NCBI GenBank assembly: GCA_028023455.1
Contig: JAQFVV010000004.1
Coordinates: 23,064,001-23,128,000 of the forward strand
Source: Epiperipatus broadwayi
Lineage: Eukaryota; Animalia; Onychophora
Length of the DNA stretch: 64,000 nucleotides
Direction of reading: 5' to 3'
Below, in pieces: positions 26,370-40,394 of the stretch. The translations under genes and the position numbers were made by a program. The notes beneath the pieces are model-generated. The model was not told where the DNA came from. It saw only the letters and a program-made list of their open reading frames with translations, and searched no databases. How positions within the stretch are numbered: position 1 is the stretch's first letter; each line of letters starts with the position of its first letter.

Positions 26370-28401
26370 TGTAACGATATATAAATATGTCGTTACATTA
26401 ATTTAAAATAAAACCTTAAAAGTTCGCAAATAAAAGTAAAAAACTAAACGCTAAAATTAAAATGTTTGTTAAACGTATATACATTCGCACAGATGCCAAA
26501 CTTTAAAAATATTTTTTTTTAAAAAAACAAATAAGTATTTGAACGTACTTTTTTTATAAAAAAGTACAAGATTTAAAAATAAAAACAGGTATTAATTAAT
26601 GTAATCTGTAAATGGAAATGATTGTTTATAAATTGTTTGAAAAGCAAGCTAGCTTTGGGCTCTTGTATAATTAAAATGATCTGATGAAAGATAGATAAGA
26701 AAATAAAAAGAAATTAGCTTGACCAATGGAAGCACCAAGCCTCAGCCCGGACCCGAACGAAAATTTGGATTAGTGACGTCTTTGTTCATTCAATCTGGAG
26801 ATTTACTATAAAAAGAGAAATATTGAGTTCCAGACAGTTTTTTCGGACTTGATTTGATGAGAACGGTAAGACGCACTTGCCGTTCTCTCTCATTTTTTTT
26901 TGTTTTAAAAAAAATATAAAATGAAAAGACTGTGATACAAGAATGGAACCAGCTAATGCTACCTCCAGAACATTATCTTCCAATGGAGACGTCGCGGGAA
27001 TTAAAAACAGGAACCTGGACTCTTCTACTGTAAGCTATATTGACATGAACTCTAAATTTAAAAATAACTAAGAACTTTCGTTCAAGCTTATGAACTTCTA
27101 TCTGACTTTTAAGTTTAAAATCAATTAATAATGTTTAATTTTATATGTTTTCCGATTGATAAAAATCATTTCCATTTTTTTCTCTTATTGTATAAATTAT
27201 TTGTTGTTTAAATTTTAAATGATGAAATTTAGGTTGGGTATAGACGTTGCATAGATTCGTTAGCGGTTGATTATGTTGTGGTTTCCACAGTCGATTAGAA
27301 TATAGAAGTCAACGATGTTAATGCGGGCATCTTACGATGAATGCCATGGGGCCTTGTGTATTCCCTTTTTGCAATTGACGTTATCGATGATTTTGTATTT
27401 TGATCGATTGTGTTTAATTTGGATGTTTTTGACCGTGGAATCTGTGCAGCCGATCTATACTCAACATTTTAAAAACAAATTGTATAAAAATAATCTGTGC
27501 GAACGTATTTAAATGTTAAATTTAAGTCGGGCGTGAATGGCTATATAGTTTTGTAAAGTTATATTAAGGGAGGGTAATCTTAGGTTATTCATTTCGTAGT
27601 TGAATTGGTTCAATGGATTGGATATATTTGTGTAATAGTAGATGTAGTATGAGATCCGCTATGGGCAGGATTATAGATCTACGCCACACACCCTCTGTTT
27701 GCCTATGGATGGATTTGTAAGACGGCAAAGGACCGCAGTCCATTCCTATGGAGTTTTATGTTTATTGTTCTACTCGCCAACAGATGTCACATTCCTGTTG
27801 GTGGAGAGACAATGTCTTCTCTAATCTACTTACTGATCAGATGTCCATTCCTGACAGTATAGTATTTTGTGTTGTCGTATCATGCTACATTGAATACATG
27901 AATGTATCAGATGGATTGGCGCCAGTTGATTGCGAAATTTGTTGCCTAAGGTTAAATCAGGGAAGAATATTTTCTTTTCAAATGCAGATCTATGTAGTCT
28001 ATTCATACTTGACTATCTAAATAAAATATTAAACTCATTGAAACTTAGTTAAATGTAAAATTAAAAGTTAATATAAAAATCTAAAATGTTAAACTTATTC
28101 CTCAAAATTTAAATGTTATTTTATATGTGCGTAAATAAATATTTTTATGTGTTAATTTCTGGCAGTGGCTTTTATTCTTTTATATTTAAGATATAAAATT
28201 TATATTTTATTATCTCTGCTACTCCACTGAGCTAGTGACTTGGGCTAACGATCGGAATATTTAAATAAAGTGGAATCTTAACAGCGCGTATCTGCCTACT
28301 CTATAAATTTTTCTAGGTTTAAATGCCTAGATGGCACCTTGTAGAGCAGATATCGTAGTTTGCGGTTAGATTCGATCTTCACTTTCATTTCGATCGTTAT
28401 A
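26370..28401 (+). mobile_element. ~2-kb solo-LTR-like element
   Basis: Termini TGTAACG ... CGTTATA, each flanked by atatat. Colinear patchy similarity to 34610-36305 (gcacagatg.caaac, tggaaatgatt, gtgaatggct, ctagtgact, ctgcctact.tataaattt). No coding capacity recognised. Confidence 0.6.
26723..26813 (+). promoter_or_regulatory. Pol II promoter-like motif cluster inside the LTR-like element
   Basis: CCAAT at 26723, CRE-like TGACGTC at 26774 and TATAAAA at 26807, in a locally CpG-rich tract. Confidence 0.4.
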
Positions 28402-29265
28402 ATATATTAATGGAAAATGGCTCAAAACTAATTTAATTAATTTATTGCTTATGTTTTTTTTTATTTCATAAATAAAAAAAACTACAAATAAGTAATTTTA
28501 AGACTGCTTTCATATGTATGTATTACAGCGGTCCACTCTAAGGAAGCCAATGTCTACATATTATTGAAAGAAAAAAAAACTAATCGGTTTAAAATTAAGA
28601 ACGAAAAAAAAAAGGTAATAACATAAGTTTAAAATTAAGAAAATGTATTAAAAAACCAGACTTGAAAATAATAATACATGCAATAAATAAGCAATCTTAT
28701 AAGAAAATCAATTTATAGATTGGAATGTTACAAATTAATAAGCACAATACAAAAATCCACTTACTCTATAAGAAATTTTGTTCCAAAAAAATGTTTTGCA
28801 TATGAGAAAAGTGAAAAATGTGGGCACTATTTTAAAAAGTATACAGGTGGAAATATATTTCAATAATAATAAAAAATAATCCATAATTACATTTTTTTTT
28901 TTAAATGGTAAGAAGAAAAAGGATGTACATATAAAAATTAATGTCAATTTTTTATGGCAGCCATGATTTTCATTTTCTCCATATTTATAACAATAACTGC
29001 ATGAAGTACAGTAATAGAATAGCAAATCTAAAATATACAATTATAAAAATAACTGTGTATTATTTAGAGTATCCACATACAATTAGTTGTTTCAGAAAAT
29101 ATTGCTATCTCTTTCTTATGAATCACATTAACACTTATTTGTTATTATTGTATGCTTTTGCATTTTTTAAGGGGTACAATTTTTTTTCCATTTAATATAT
29201 TTTTGTAATTATATTGCAATTAATTACTTTTCTGTGTTTTTGTTTTTCATGGCTTATTTTTTGTA

Positions 29266-30660
29266 TGAGGTGTGACAATTCTCAGAATGCACCTTTATAA
29301 AATATACATGTGGAAATGTATGGTGGATACTGTCATCGTCAAAGTATTCCCTTTGTGCATCTATACACTGATTAAATAAAGCAGTGTTCCCATTTCTGAA
29401 TGCACACGTGGAACTAATTTTCAGGAATATAGTTGAGCAGCTGTCTCACATTCTGTTGGACACCAGTTATAGTAGAAAATTTGTATCCTTTCAGCGCAGT
29501 TTTTATAATTTTGGAAATAACCAAAAGTCATAGGAAGCAAGTCAGATGAATAGGCAAATGATCTAGCTAAGTAATTAATTTTTTGGCCAGTCTTCCACAA
29601 TGAGCACATTATGACTTGGCCCACTGTGGTGTTGAATGATTATCAGCTCACAATTCAGATCTTTTTCTTTGAACAGAATCTCATAATCTCTGACGTACTT
29701 TTTAATAACATTGTTTGTTTTTTTTATTAAGGAAAATACAAGTGTCACATCTTAACATACATTATATTAGATACATTGTATTATATACTTTAGTTATTAA
29801 CGGAAAATTGCTCATCATCTTAAGAGTGGCTAATTTTGGCCTCGTAGTACATAATAAATAAATCGAATGACTAGATTGTGTTGCTAATCTTGGAAAGGTT
29901 TCCAAGATGTCTCGTCATCTTGGTAATCATGCAGCATTGCTCTGACAGCTAAGAAAAGTTTTGATTTCCGGAAGTCTCTGAGGTGCCCTCTTCATCGTTA
30001 TGAGATCAGCGATCTATACATGAATGTAATGCCATTCTATTTCTGATATCATTTGAATTAGTAATAAATCTAAGAATTTGAGGTTAGTCTCCAAGATGTT
30101 AACTCATCATAACCTTTCGTAGCAACCATATCAAAGGGTACCAGTCTGCCATTGCCTTAGCACTGACTTCATTCCGATTAAATATGGTAATGGTAGTAAG
30201 ACCAATATTCTGATGACGATCTCTAAAATACTCTTTTAAATAACATTGTAGTTTGATCGTTTGTCCCTGTTCAATAAATTCTTGATAGACTATTCTCTTG
30301 CAGCATGATATGCATGTCTTTTTAGAGTGGTGAATCCAGAGATTTCCATTGCTTACTCCGATGTTTTTTTTTCTGAGTCATATTGAAAGCATCATCACCC
30401 ATAATTACTCTCAGAAGCAAATGTGTATTTGAAGAAAGATCAATTGCAACATCAAACCAACAGTTTATGTTTATCTACCAAGATCCGAGGCACAAACTTT
30501 GCAAAAATCTTTCTCATGCCCAATTCTTTATTTAAAATTAGCCTGTTTCCCAATTAATCTGCAATTCTTCAGTTATTAATCTCACACTTAATCATTTGCC
30601 AGACCGTATTGCATGTTGCACTTTTGATACAATTATGCCAAGGGTGCCAACACATGGCCA
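29266..30660 (-). mobile_element. Decayed mariner transposon, interrupted by a ~500-bp insertion
   Basis: Minus-strand motifs LGMRKIFAKFVPRIL, IMGDD, VYQEFIEQGQT, DSVQRKRSEL, AYSSDL (YSPDLAP) and QKWEH..NQCIDAQREYFD. TA followed by a mariner-like terminus TGAGGTGTGACAATT at 29266. Confidence 0.85.
29715..30218 (-). other. Retroposed-looking insertion of unknown origin inside the mariner
   Basis: Flanked by a diverged ~30-bp duplication of mariner sequence (29686-29714 and 30219-30249). The minus-strand 3' end is AATAAA with a short A-rich tail. Confidence 0.55.
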
Positions 30661-31307
30661 TTCCAGGAATTAAATTGTCATACTTCATATTGTAGTTTTG
30701 CAATATAATTTCTTATAGAATGATTCTATTACCCATATTTATTGAATTGTTTTGTAATCAATGTGAAAGTACGTTTATTTGTGATATAACTCAATAAATA
30801 TTACACCAATCTTGATGAAACTTCATTTTCTTTTTTATTTTGTATAGAATTTTACTAGCCTGTAAATTTTTGCTTTATGGTACTTAATTATTTAAAAACT
30901 TTTTATAATTTGCAATATAAAAATGCAAAAAAGAGGGCAGTTTAAATAAAAGATTAGAGTTGAAAAATTTTTTAAAAAGATAGCCTTTGGTAAAGCAAAA
31001 TAAAAATTTGATTCTATAAATATATTTTAAATTGAATTGTGCTTGTATCATGTATTTAATTTGTCATTTGAATATGAATTTGATAAACTTTTGACATTTC
31101 AATTTAAATATATATTTAACATATTTTAAAGTAAAATTTAAAATGGCGTGAGTACAGCAAAAGAAATATTGAATTTAAGAAACATTTACCATTTCTCTTT
31201 AAGTATATTTTCATATGATAGTTTTAAAAATATTTAATAAACACGAGCAAGAAAATGACATGGGTATTTGCTTGATTTTTTTACTAATTAATTAAAATAC
31301 TTATATA

Positions 31308-32355
31308 CACCCGGGTCTCTTTTTACGCGGACTTATTTAACACGATTTTGAAGTTACGTGATTCGTGTTTCACCGGAAGTCGAACTCCGATATTGCGTTA
31401 TTACTTTAAATAATAAATTTTGCGCACTCACGTTATATTGAAAGTAATAGCACATTATTGGAATTCGACTTTCAACTTAGTAATTTCAATATTTTCAGTG
31501 CTTTATAATAGTAAGATTTTATGCAATAATGAAATTAAAATCATGATTTCCACATTTTATGTATACACACATTAAATTTTACAAGATTATAACGTAAATT
31601 TGTTCAGACATTGTGCGTGTTAATTTTGCATTTTATTCTGTTTTTGCTTTTTAAAAAAGAACGTTTAATCAATTATTAATCATTTAGTGTCCGCAAGTTT
31701 ATTTTTAAAAGGTCAGTAATAGCAAGGGGCATAATTAAATTTGACAATTAAAAATTAAAATCTGATTTTTAATTGTAATTAACAATTTAAAAATTACTTA
31801 CGGCGACTTGGGATTTGATTTTTAAACGGAATTGAAAATTAAAGACAAAAATAAGAATTCAATTTTTAGTTGTTAGTTTCATAAACAATTAATAAAATCA
31901 TCGTCTCAAAGATTAATTACTAATTACGTTGTCACCAGAAAACCACTGTCACAACATGAGAGTGAAGTTGGCTCTAGTTATTTGCAAACGAACATGTTTT
32001 TCGGCCAATAGCCATAATAATTAAAACATGTATTAAAAAAATGTCAATTACTGTACTGTAAATTATGCATAAAAATATATTATCTTGAATAAAATTAAAT
32101 ATTATAGTTAAAAAAAGTTTGTCTTGTATCAATTTTTTTCAAATTTAAAATTTTTTATTAGTTATATTTTATTTCCTTATTTTTTTTTGCGTGAATTTTA
32201 AAGTAATTTTACGTTGGTGCTTTGGTTTTACGCGAATTTTGAAAACTCACAGACCGCATCCCCCCTTTTTCAATGTAAGTTACGTCTATTTTTGCGAGAT
32301 TTCGTTTGCGTGTTTTCTGAGGAACCTATCTATCGCGTAAAACGAGACCCAGGTG
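31308..32355 (+). mobile_element. Tigger/pogo-like non-autonomous element, 1048 bp
   Basis: TIRs CACCCGGGTCTCTTTTTACGCG / CGCGTAAAACGAGACCCAGGTG with TA on both sides; colinear with 46885-48182. Confidence 0.9.
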
Positions 32356-34515
32356 TATATAATAAAAAGATTAGGCTCCCATAATTTATCTTCCAAAAAA
32401 TGTTAATTTATAACAAGGTAACTTTTCTACAGTATTGAATTTTTTTTTTCTTTTATTTATTTATTATCTACCTATCCTTTTATATAAATATTTAGGCTAT
32501 GGATTTTTGTTTTATGGTACTTATTTAGCACATTATTTATATTCGAAAATGTCAACTTAGAATAATTTTTAAAAAATTGACTTTATTATTTTACATAATA
32601 TTAAAAATTATTAAACACATTATTTACTTTTAAAAATAAGTGTACATAATAAATTAACAATCTTTTATGAAATGTTTTATAAATTACTTTAAACAATATT
32701 AAAAATTATCCAATACAATATTTTAAAGAATCTTTAAAATATATTTTTATTCTCAATACAATTTTTGTGGTAAATAGCTAAAATATATTATTACACAACG
32801 CATGCATTGGTTTAGAGATAGCATTTCAGGCAGCTTAGAGAGAGTATTAGTCACTTTTTTAATTGGACATCCATTACAATTACTTTCATTGTCAATATTT
32901 GTTAATCAAGTTTACTAAGCATGAAACAATATCAGTGATGCTGGGAAAAAGATTGTAATAAAGATAAATGTTTCAATTTTTTCTAAAGTAATAAATGATA
33001 TATCAAAAAATGATCAAATTTTAAATCATAACTTATTCATAATGTTGTCTTTGCAACGTAATATATTAAAAATAATTCAATAAAAAATTATTTAATAAGA
33101 CAACTTAATAAATAAATATCTATAATAAATTTATATGAATTTAGCTTAATGATCCTATGACAATTTAATCAATGCTCCTACGGCAACACTAGATTCAAAG
33201 TAAAAAAATCCAATTATTCTTTATTGTTTAATCTAATATAACAATATCTTTTGACCAAATTCTTTTTGGAGCCATAAGAACAGTAAATAATGACTTACAC
33301 TTATTAGAAATCATGGGATTATTTATTAAATCTTTCTTTGAAAAAATATTTGCAATACCTGAAATATCATGAAAACCATAAAAAATCTGTAATCGCTATT
33401 AAAAAAAACTTGGGATGCATCCAAGTGCAAATCAGTAACATCTTATCAGTTACAAAGCAAAAAACTAATAATATAAAAGCTCTTAAATTATCGACCATTA
33501 AAGATTGCAAGATTAAAATAATTAAATTTAAAAATGTTATATACTCCAACTATTGTGCTACTAAACAGTAAAATTGTCAATTTAAAGTTCTCAGCTTGTC
33601 ATGTTACAATCATGGAATTATTTTAAAGTATTGTTTAATGCAAAACCTTTCTTGGATTTGTTTGGTTTAAAAATTATTCTTTACTTGGCAGATTAATATT
33701 AAGCAATAAGGATTTCCAAGCAGAAATTTACATATGATAAAAATAATTGGGTTAAAACTACAGAAGAAGATAGTCATGAATTTTGATGACTAGATTTTTG
33801 ATACATTCAAAGTATTATATGAACCCGAGAAACATATCCTATTAAATCAGAAACTTTTTCATATGAAAGAATAATCATCCCGAAATGGTTTTTTAATATA
33901 GAGATAATACAGAACCTCCAAAAGCAATTGAATTTTTTAAAGAAATGTATGAACTCAATAATTTGCACTACCTGATCTTAAGGACGCTTCTATAGTTCCA
34001 ATTTTTATATAAATTAATAGTGATTGCCATGGAATTTCAATATTACTGATCATAATTAAAGCATTTTTAAGGTGTCAGATTCAACACAGATACGAGGAGC
34101 AAGTGACTCAATCAAAATTGTTTTTAAAAAACCATTAGAATTTATTCATATTAAGCAGCTTCTATACTGGGGATGGCCAAGACATAAACCGCAAGGTCTC
34201 TGGAAGTCGATTGTGAAATTTATTTATTTTTGTAAAATTTGCATCTAATTTATTTTAATACAATTATAAAACAATAACTTTCTCTTTTTTCTTGATTTTT
34301 TTTTAAAATTCAGGACTAGCTCTAGAAAATAATTATTTATAGGTAATTTAAAATTGTAATTTAATAAATATTTTATAAACATGGACAAATTGTAATACTA
34401 GAGGGAGCTGAGGTAATTTAACTTTTTGTCTGATGAATTTTCTTATTGGGCAGATTGACACTTCTTTCATATAACACTTCAATACAAATTTTAATTAAAG
34501 CAGAGAAGATTAGAG

Positions 34516-34609
34516 CTCTGATGAAGACTGCTGGACAGTCAAAATTGCAAGGAAAATAAAGAAGTTTTTAAGAAAATTTGTTTGCCTTGAAGTATTATAA
34601 GCAATATAT
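34516..34609 (+). repeat. PLE-type terminal repeat with mutated hammerhead core (same family as 60066-60182)
   Basis: gagctCTGATGA-A-GACTG ctgga CAGTC-aaaa (GAAA mutated), followed by the same aaaataaag..tttttaagaaaatt tail as at 60100. Confidence 0.5.
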
Positions 34610-36305
34610 TGTAACGGAATAAGTATATGCTGTTACATGTCTTTCAAATAAAAGTAAAAAAATATATAAAATCACATTCGAGTAGAAATATATGTATAAA
34701 AAAAGGGGGAATTTAATAGTTTGATTTTAATTAATATATATAATGCACAGATGGCAAACTAATTATATAATTTAAAAGCTAAAAACTAGATTCTTTTTAA
34801 TATAAAAGAATTTTTTTTTAAAATGCTATTAATTAGTTATTTTTATTCTTAGAATGGAAATGATTTTCTATTTTGAGGTAATTGCAAACGGGCCCTTGGG
34901 CATATAGTCAGATAGGAGAAAAATTTAAAAAATACTACTGATAAGAGTGGACAGAGATAAAAAAAACTTTGAAGGGATTGCTCTTGCTGATTGTGTATTA
35001 TTAAGTATATGTTTAAGTGTATTTTACATTTCCCATATTTGTGGCTGCTGAAGCAGTCTCCAGAATAGGATGGTTCCCGGAAAATAGCCAGCAACGGACT
35101 TCTCTCCATCTAGAATAAGAAATGGAAAGAACTTTGAATTCTACCATGCATCAAGGATTATAGAGACAGACTTTACCTATAGCATTGGAAAGTAAAAACT
35201 TTTCTTTTAAATGAAGTATGAACATTAATCATATAATGCGAACTTTTTCCAGTATTGTAAATGTCACTTAACTTTTAAAAGAAATCTCTTATCTGACTAA
35301 ATTTAAAATTATTTATATATATTTTTTAAAAAAATATGCTTAATATCATTTCCTTTAAATTATTTAAAGTGAGTGTGAATGGCTGCATAGATTAGTAAGA
35401 TTGTTAGTTTAAAATGTGTTAATTTTGGGCTAATTGTTTGGTAGTTGGATCGGTGCTAGTGGATGGATGTACGGATGTTTTGCCAATGTAACTTGAGTAG
35501 GTGCATTGGACACTCATTCCCTTGTACTGTGTTAGCATATAGGGCATAATACCCACCTGAACGTATGACCCAAAAGAGTAGTCATCACGTTGTTAATGGT
35601 CGTAGACGTATTTACTATGCCATTGATTTTCTTACGCCCTGACTGGGACAGTAAGCCAGCAAAGACCACTATCACCATTTACAGAGCTTCTCATAATTTC
35701 ATTCTTGTATCATGGAAAAGATGCTCATTCCTTCTCACCACGATTCGTTATTTTTCTAATATCATGCTACAGATGTAAATTTCCTGTTAGCATGATTGTT
35801 ATGCTAACAATCTCATTTTGCATTGGTCACATCGGTATATCAGTAAGCTAGCATTGGTTTAAATGCGAGATTTTTGGCCCAAGATTAAAAGGGATTGGGT
35901 TGGTTGTTGCGTAATCTAGGTAGCATGTTCACACTTAATAAAATTGTATTTAAATCTATTAAATGCTTCCATCTGTGCATATAAACCAAATCAAATATAT
36001 TTAGTTGATTTAATTTTCAGAATCTTTTTAATGCGTGTGCGTTATAATAAAATGTTTTGTTGAATTAATTTTGCAGTAACTTATTTTATATATTTTATTA
36101 ATATTTAAAAGCAAACATTAGAAATTTGAATATAAAGATATTTTAAGCTCAGCTTCTCCATGAACTAGTGACTGGTGCTTTCGGTTCGATAAAAAGGTAA
36201 CCTCTCCCACATGTACCTGCCTACTGTATAAATTTTCCAGGTCCAAATGGCCTGGTGGCGCCCTGGTATGGCAAATTAGGTTAGGGAGGTTTGTCGACCA
36301 TTATA
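34610..36305 (+). mobile_element. ~1.7-kb solo-LTR-like element, diverged relative of 26370-28401
   Basis: Starts TGTAACG and ends CCATTATA, with atatat flanks; shares internal blocks with the first copy. Confidence 0.6.
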
Positions 36306-39300
36306 ATATATATTGGATTATATGAAGATATGCAAAGAGAGTGAAAAAGAATATACTTCTGATTGGTCAGATTGAGTAAAAATTTGAGTGATTAGATTCG
36401 TTAAATAAAGATCTAGCCAGTTTCCTTTCAGAATTTACAATAATCAGAATTGTAATACATTAAAGATCAGCCTTTTCAAGCTATTGTGCATGCGCTTTTT
36501 ACAAGTGTTAATAATAAATGAATACTTTCATTCTCAACACAAGATATAGTATTTATGAAAGAATAAAATAAATCCACTTCATTTATTATTAACACTCGTA
36601 AAAAGCGCATGCACAATAGCTTGAAAAGGCTGATCTTTAATGTATTACATAAAAACATAGCGCTATAAAATAAATGCTTATAATCAGAATTGTTTTAATT
36701 TAACTTCTAAAAATTGAATTATTTTACATTCAAATTGGTTAAATGTAACGAAAAATTTAAAATAATGTTAATAATTGAAAATATAAGAAAAACATATAAA
36801 AAATAGCCTGCAGTAAAACAAAGGAATTATATTTCAACCGATCATTATATGAAAATGCCGGTGATTTCTTGTCTTAGAAATTACAATTGCTGATTATTCA
36901 CTTGTTCTCTTTTCTTAGTCTAAAATTAAATATTTTCAATAAAAATCTGAATCTAGTCACATTATTAGTCAATATAGTGTAAAAAGTAATCATAAAATCC
37001 ATAAATATTTATGAAAAATAGTTGTTTTTCTTATTATCACTGAATGTCATTGATATGCAAATAGCGGTCAACATTATTCACTTGTCTTGAATAACGGTCA
37101 ATCGCTATTCAGTTTCCCTTGACTATTTTTCTTGTAAAATTTTCAAATTAAAGTAAATAATGTAAAAACTTAATTATCAGTGTAAAAAACGAGAAATATA
37201 ATTATTTGTGTTCAAAACCTATTATGAAAGCATAAAACATTTTGGTTCGATTTCTAACTTTGACAGTCATAAACATCTGGAGAACAATAGCTGAAGTTGA
37301 CAGTCAGTGCTTTGCAGCACCTTATAAAGAGATGGGATTATATGCACTAGACTGCAATGAGAAATCAATTTTGTAAAAAATACTGCCAATAGTGAATTTT
37401 TTGGAATTGAAATTTTAAATCCCAATAAAGCTACAAATTTATGATAAAGTGTAAAATAGCAAAAATGCGACCAAAAATGGCTGAGATGGTGCAAAACGTA
37501 AAAATTACAATTTTCTGTAATAATCACTTTAAAGTTAGTAGTCATATTAAAATGTCTTCCGACAGTTCGTATCTTTGAGAAAAAAAATTCACCAGTTCGT
37601 ATCTTCTAAAAATGTCACCAATATTTGTAATTAAAAAGCTGTTACAAAAAAAAAAAAAAACACCAATTCATAAGTACATTTTTAAAAAAACCAAGACTTC
37701 GAACTATTATTTTTTGTTCTGGCAAAAATTTTTTTTTCTGGTTTGAAGCCCTGAAAAGTCACCCCCAACAACTAAAAGTTTGGCCACTCCTGTTCAATAC
37801 ATTATAAAAAGTGTCATTGCTGATTAAAAATCTTAACCATCTGAAATAAAACTGTTTTAACAATATTAGCTTCAATATTGTATTATATTTTGTTATAGAA
37901 GTGATATTGTTTCATATTTTTAATTATAAAAGTGATTTTTGTATAAGATGGTTTCATGACTCAAACACCAAGATGAAATAATAATTTAAAAAGGTTTTTA
38001 TTACACCCATTAAAAGAAAATAAACCATTTTGGCTATTAGATTTGCAATAGGCTGATAACTGTTATTCCTGAAAATTCAAAGGATCTATAGAATATTCTC
38101 AATGTGTTGAATGTTAAAAAAAAAAACTCAGGAGTACCGTCAGTCAGTGTTGATAGATTTTCACTAACTTTAAGCTTAAATAGTTAATATTTTGACATGA
38201 ATAAATTTAAATATTATGGTAGTTTTGAAAATACAAAATTGCAACAATAATTTGTTTAAAATCAAAAAAATATCTAATTATATATAGGAAGCTTATTTTG
38301 TTAAATACACTATAAATGTTTAAGGATTCTTAATTCTGAAAATACTATGTAATCATTACACAGTGCATGAAGTAAATCAATAGTAATTGTTTTATGATGA
38401 ACCTGGGTGTATTTTTCATCAGAGAAATGCAGTAGATTGTTTTTGTTAAATAAATATTACTGGAAATGGAATATAAAAAAGAGCAATAATCAAATTTTCT
38501 GCAGAGGTCAAACAATAGAATTACAAGATGTTACAACATACTAAAGTACCAGTATATTTCCCTCTTAAAGTCAGAATAGTTAGACTGATTTACAAATGAC
38601 TGTTAATGATACATCTAAATAATTTTGATAAATTCTCTTGTATTTAATCAAACAGCAATTTCAATAATTTGTATTCATCATTCATTAGAGATGACAATAA
38701 ACCAGTTTTAAATACACTTGACAAATTTTTAATGATAGATGACCTTATATGCAACAATAAAATAATTAGAACTTTGTACATAAGCAAAATCATGTTTTGT
38801 GCTGATATTTGAAATTGCAGTAATTAAAAATATAAATGTTACATATTGATGAAGGATTCAAAAAACCTTAAATACAAATTATTAACTTTCATTTTTTTCT
38901 ATAATAGGAATTACAACACACACATTACATTCATAAAAAAATATTTCACAAGTTGATAAGGGGGAGAGAAAAGGCTAATAAAATTTTTCAATAAAAATCA
39001 TTTCCAGAATGTTAATCATTAATTGCCATCTCTAAATTTCTTCTTAATTACTTTCATCCATTCTACAAATATTAATTTATTCATTATTTATCTAATGTTT
39101 TCCCAATTTCTTGTTCCAATATAACAGTAAGCCTAAAAAATCTGTAATCTTCTTTTAAAATACAGTATTAGGATCTTTTCAGTTTTCTCCTAACCCATTC
39201 TTTCTTCTATTCCCAAAACAATTATTTAAAACTATTTATTTAACAAGATTCTCATTCTAAATCTTAATTACTATTCTCACATCATTTAATCAAAATTTTA

Positions 39301-40394
39301 AAAACTATTTTTATTTATTCAGTATATTTCCTCTAGGCAGTTTCACTAGTAACAAATACTCAATTAGGAGAAAAGCTCAATAACGATGATAATGTCCTTC
39401 AATAGTGCCATTGTATCCATGTGGATTGAATAATTATGAACTATGATTTATCAATTCTACACCTGAAATAAATGTTTGCAATACCATGAGTGGTTCTGAA
39501 TTTGTCAATGGCATGCCAGTAATGTTGAAAAAAATTAAATCTAGACAACTTGTTGAATCTGGAATGTGGGTATTTGGAATTTCATAAGCCAGTTTTTATC
39601 TACAATCCTTCAGTGGTTTGAAGGGATTCTTAGTTGAATATGGAGAATCTTAATTCAAGTTAAACATATGCTAGTCCTTAGAAACTGTCCATAAAATATT
39701 TGTATCACAAATCCATGTAGTACCAACTAACTTTCCAAGGTTCTTCCTAGAAATTATTTTAATCTAACTTTGATAGAAAATTTTAGGCTATGGTACAATG
39801 TTGCTTTTCAGCAGCATGAAATAAGTTATATTCAGAGTAATATATTTCAGCATAAGGAAGTTCTATTTGTGGGATTTATTTTATGAAGTTAAAGCAAAGT
39901 CAATGGCATAGATGAATTTTCTACCCTATTTCTGCAAGTCATTGATGAATATAGTATATTAAATAATGGTGAAAGACTTCTGGAAAACTGTTCTATAAAA
40001 TTTATGTATTTTAACTGATAGTAATGATTTATCATAATTCCAATTTTTTTATGAAAATAATTTCATATTAGGGAAAAGAAATTGTCAATTGAATTGTATA
40101 TACACAATCGAACACACACAAAAAGCATTGATTACAAGTTTTTTTTAAAGCTTTCATTGTAATAAAATTTCAGTTAATAAATAGTAATAACACAAATTAA
40201 ATCTTAAATGATATTTTAAAAAATTGACTTCCTGACTCCAGAAAAGTCAATTTGTCTCCATTATAGATTGCATATCAAAATTTCATGCTTTACAAAATAA
40301 AAAGATCCATATACAACATTTACTATTAATTTTGCATTAGCAAATTATTCTTATTAGACTGAATTTTTATCTCACTTTTTTTTTTCATGTCATA

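Larger units (their letters stand above)
34168..37792. mobile_element. Possible old hAT element hosting nested insertions
   Basis: The left end tggggatggccaa resembles the inverse of the right end tttggccactcctg. Flanks ttctatac / ttcaatac match at 7 of 8 positions. Confidence 0.4.

Noticed and set aside
26943-27029. Apparent first coding exon MEPANATSRTLSSNGDVAGIKNRNLDSST with a GTAAGC donor
   Set aside because: It lies within a repeat whose second copy (~35040-35110) has homologous but non-coding sequence. No downstream exon or known protein match, so it is not called a host gene.
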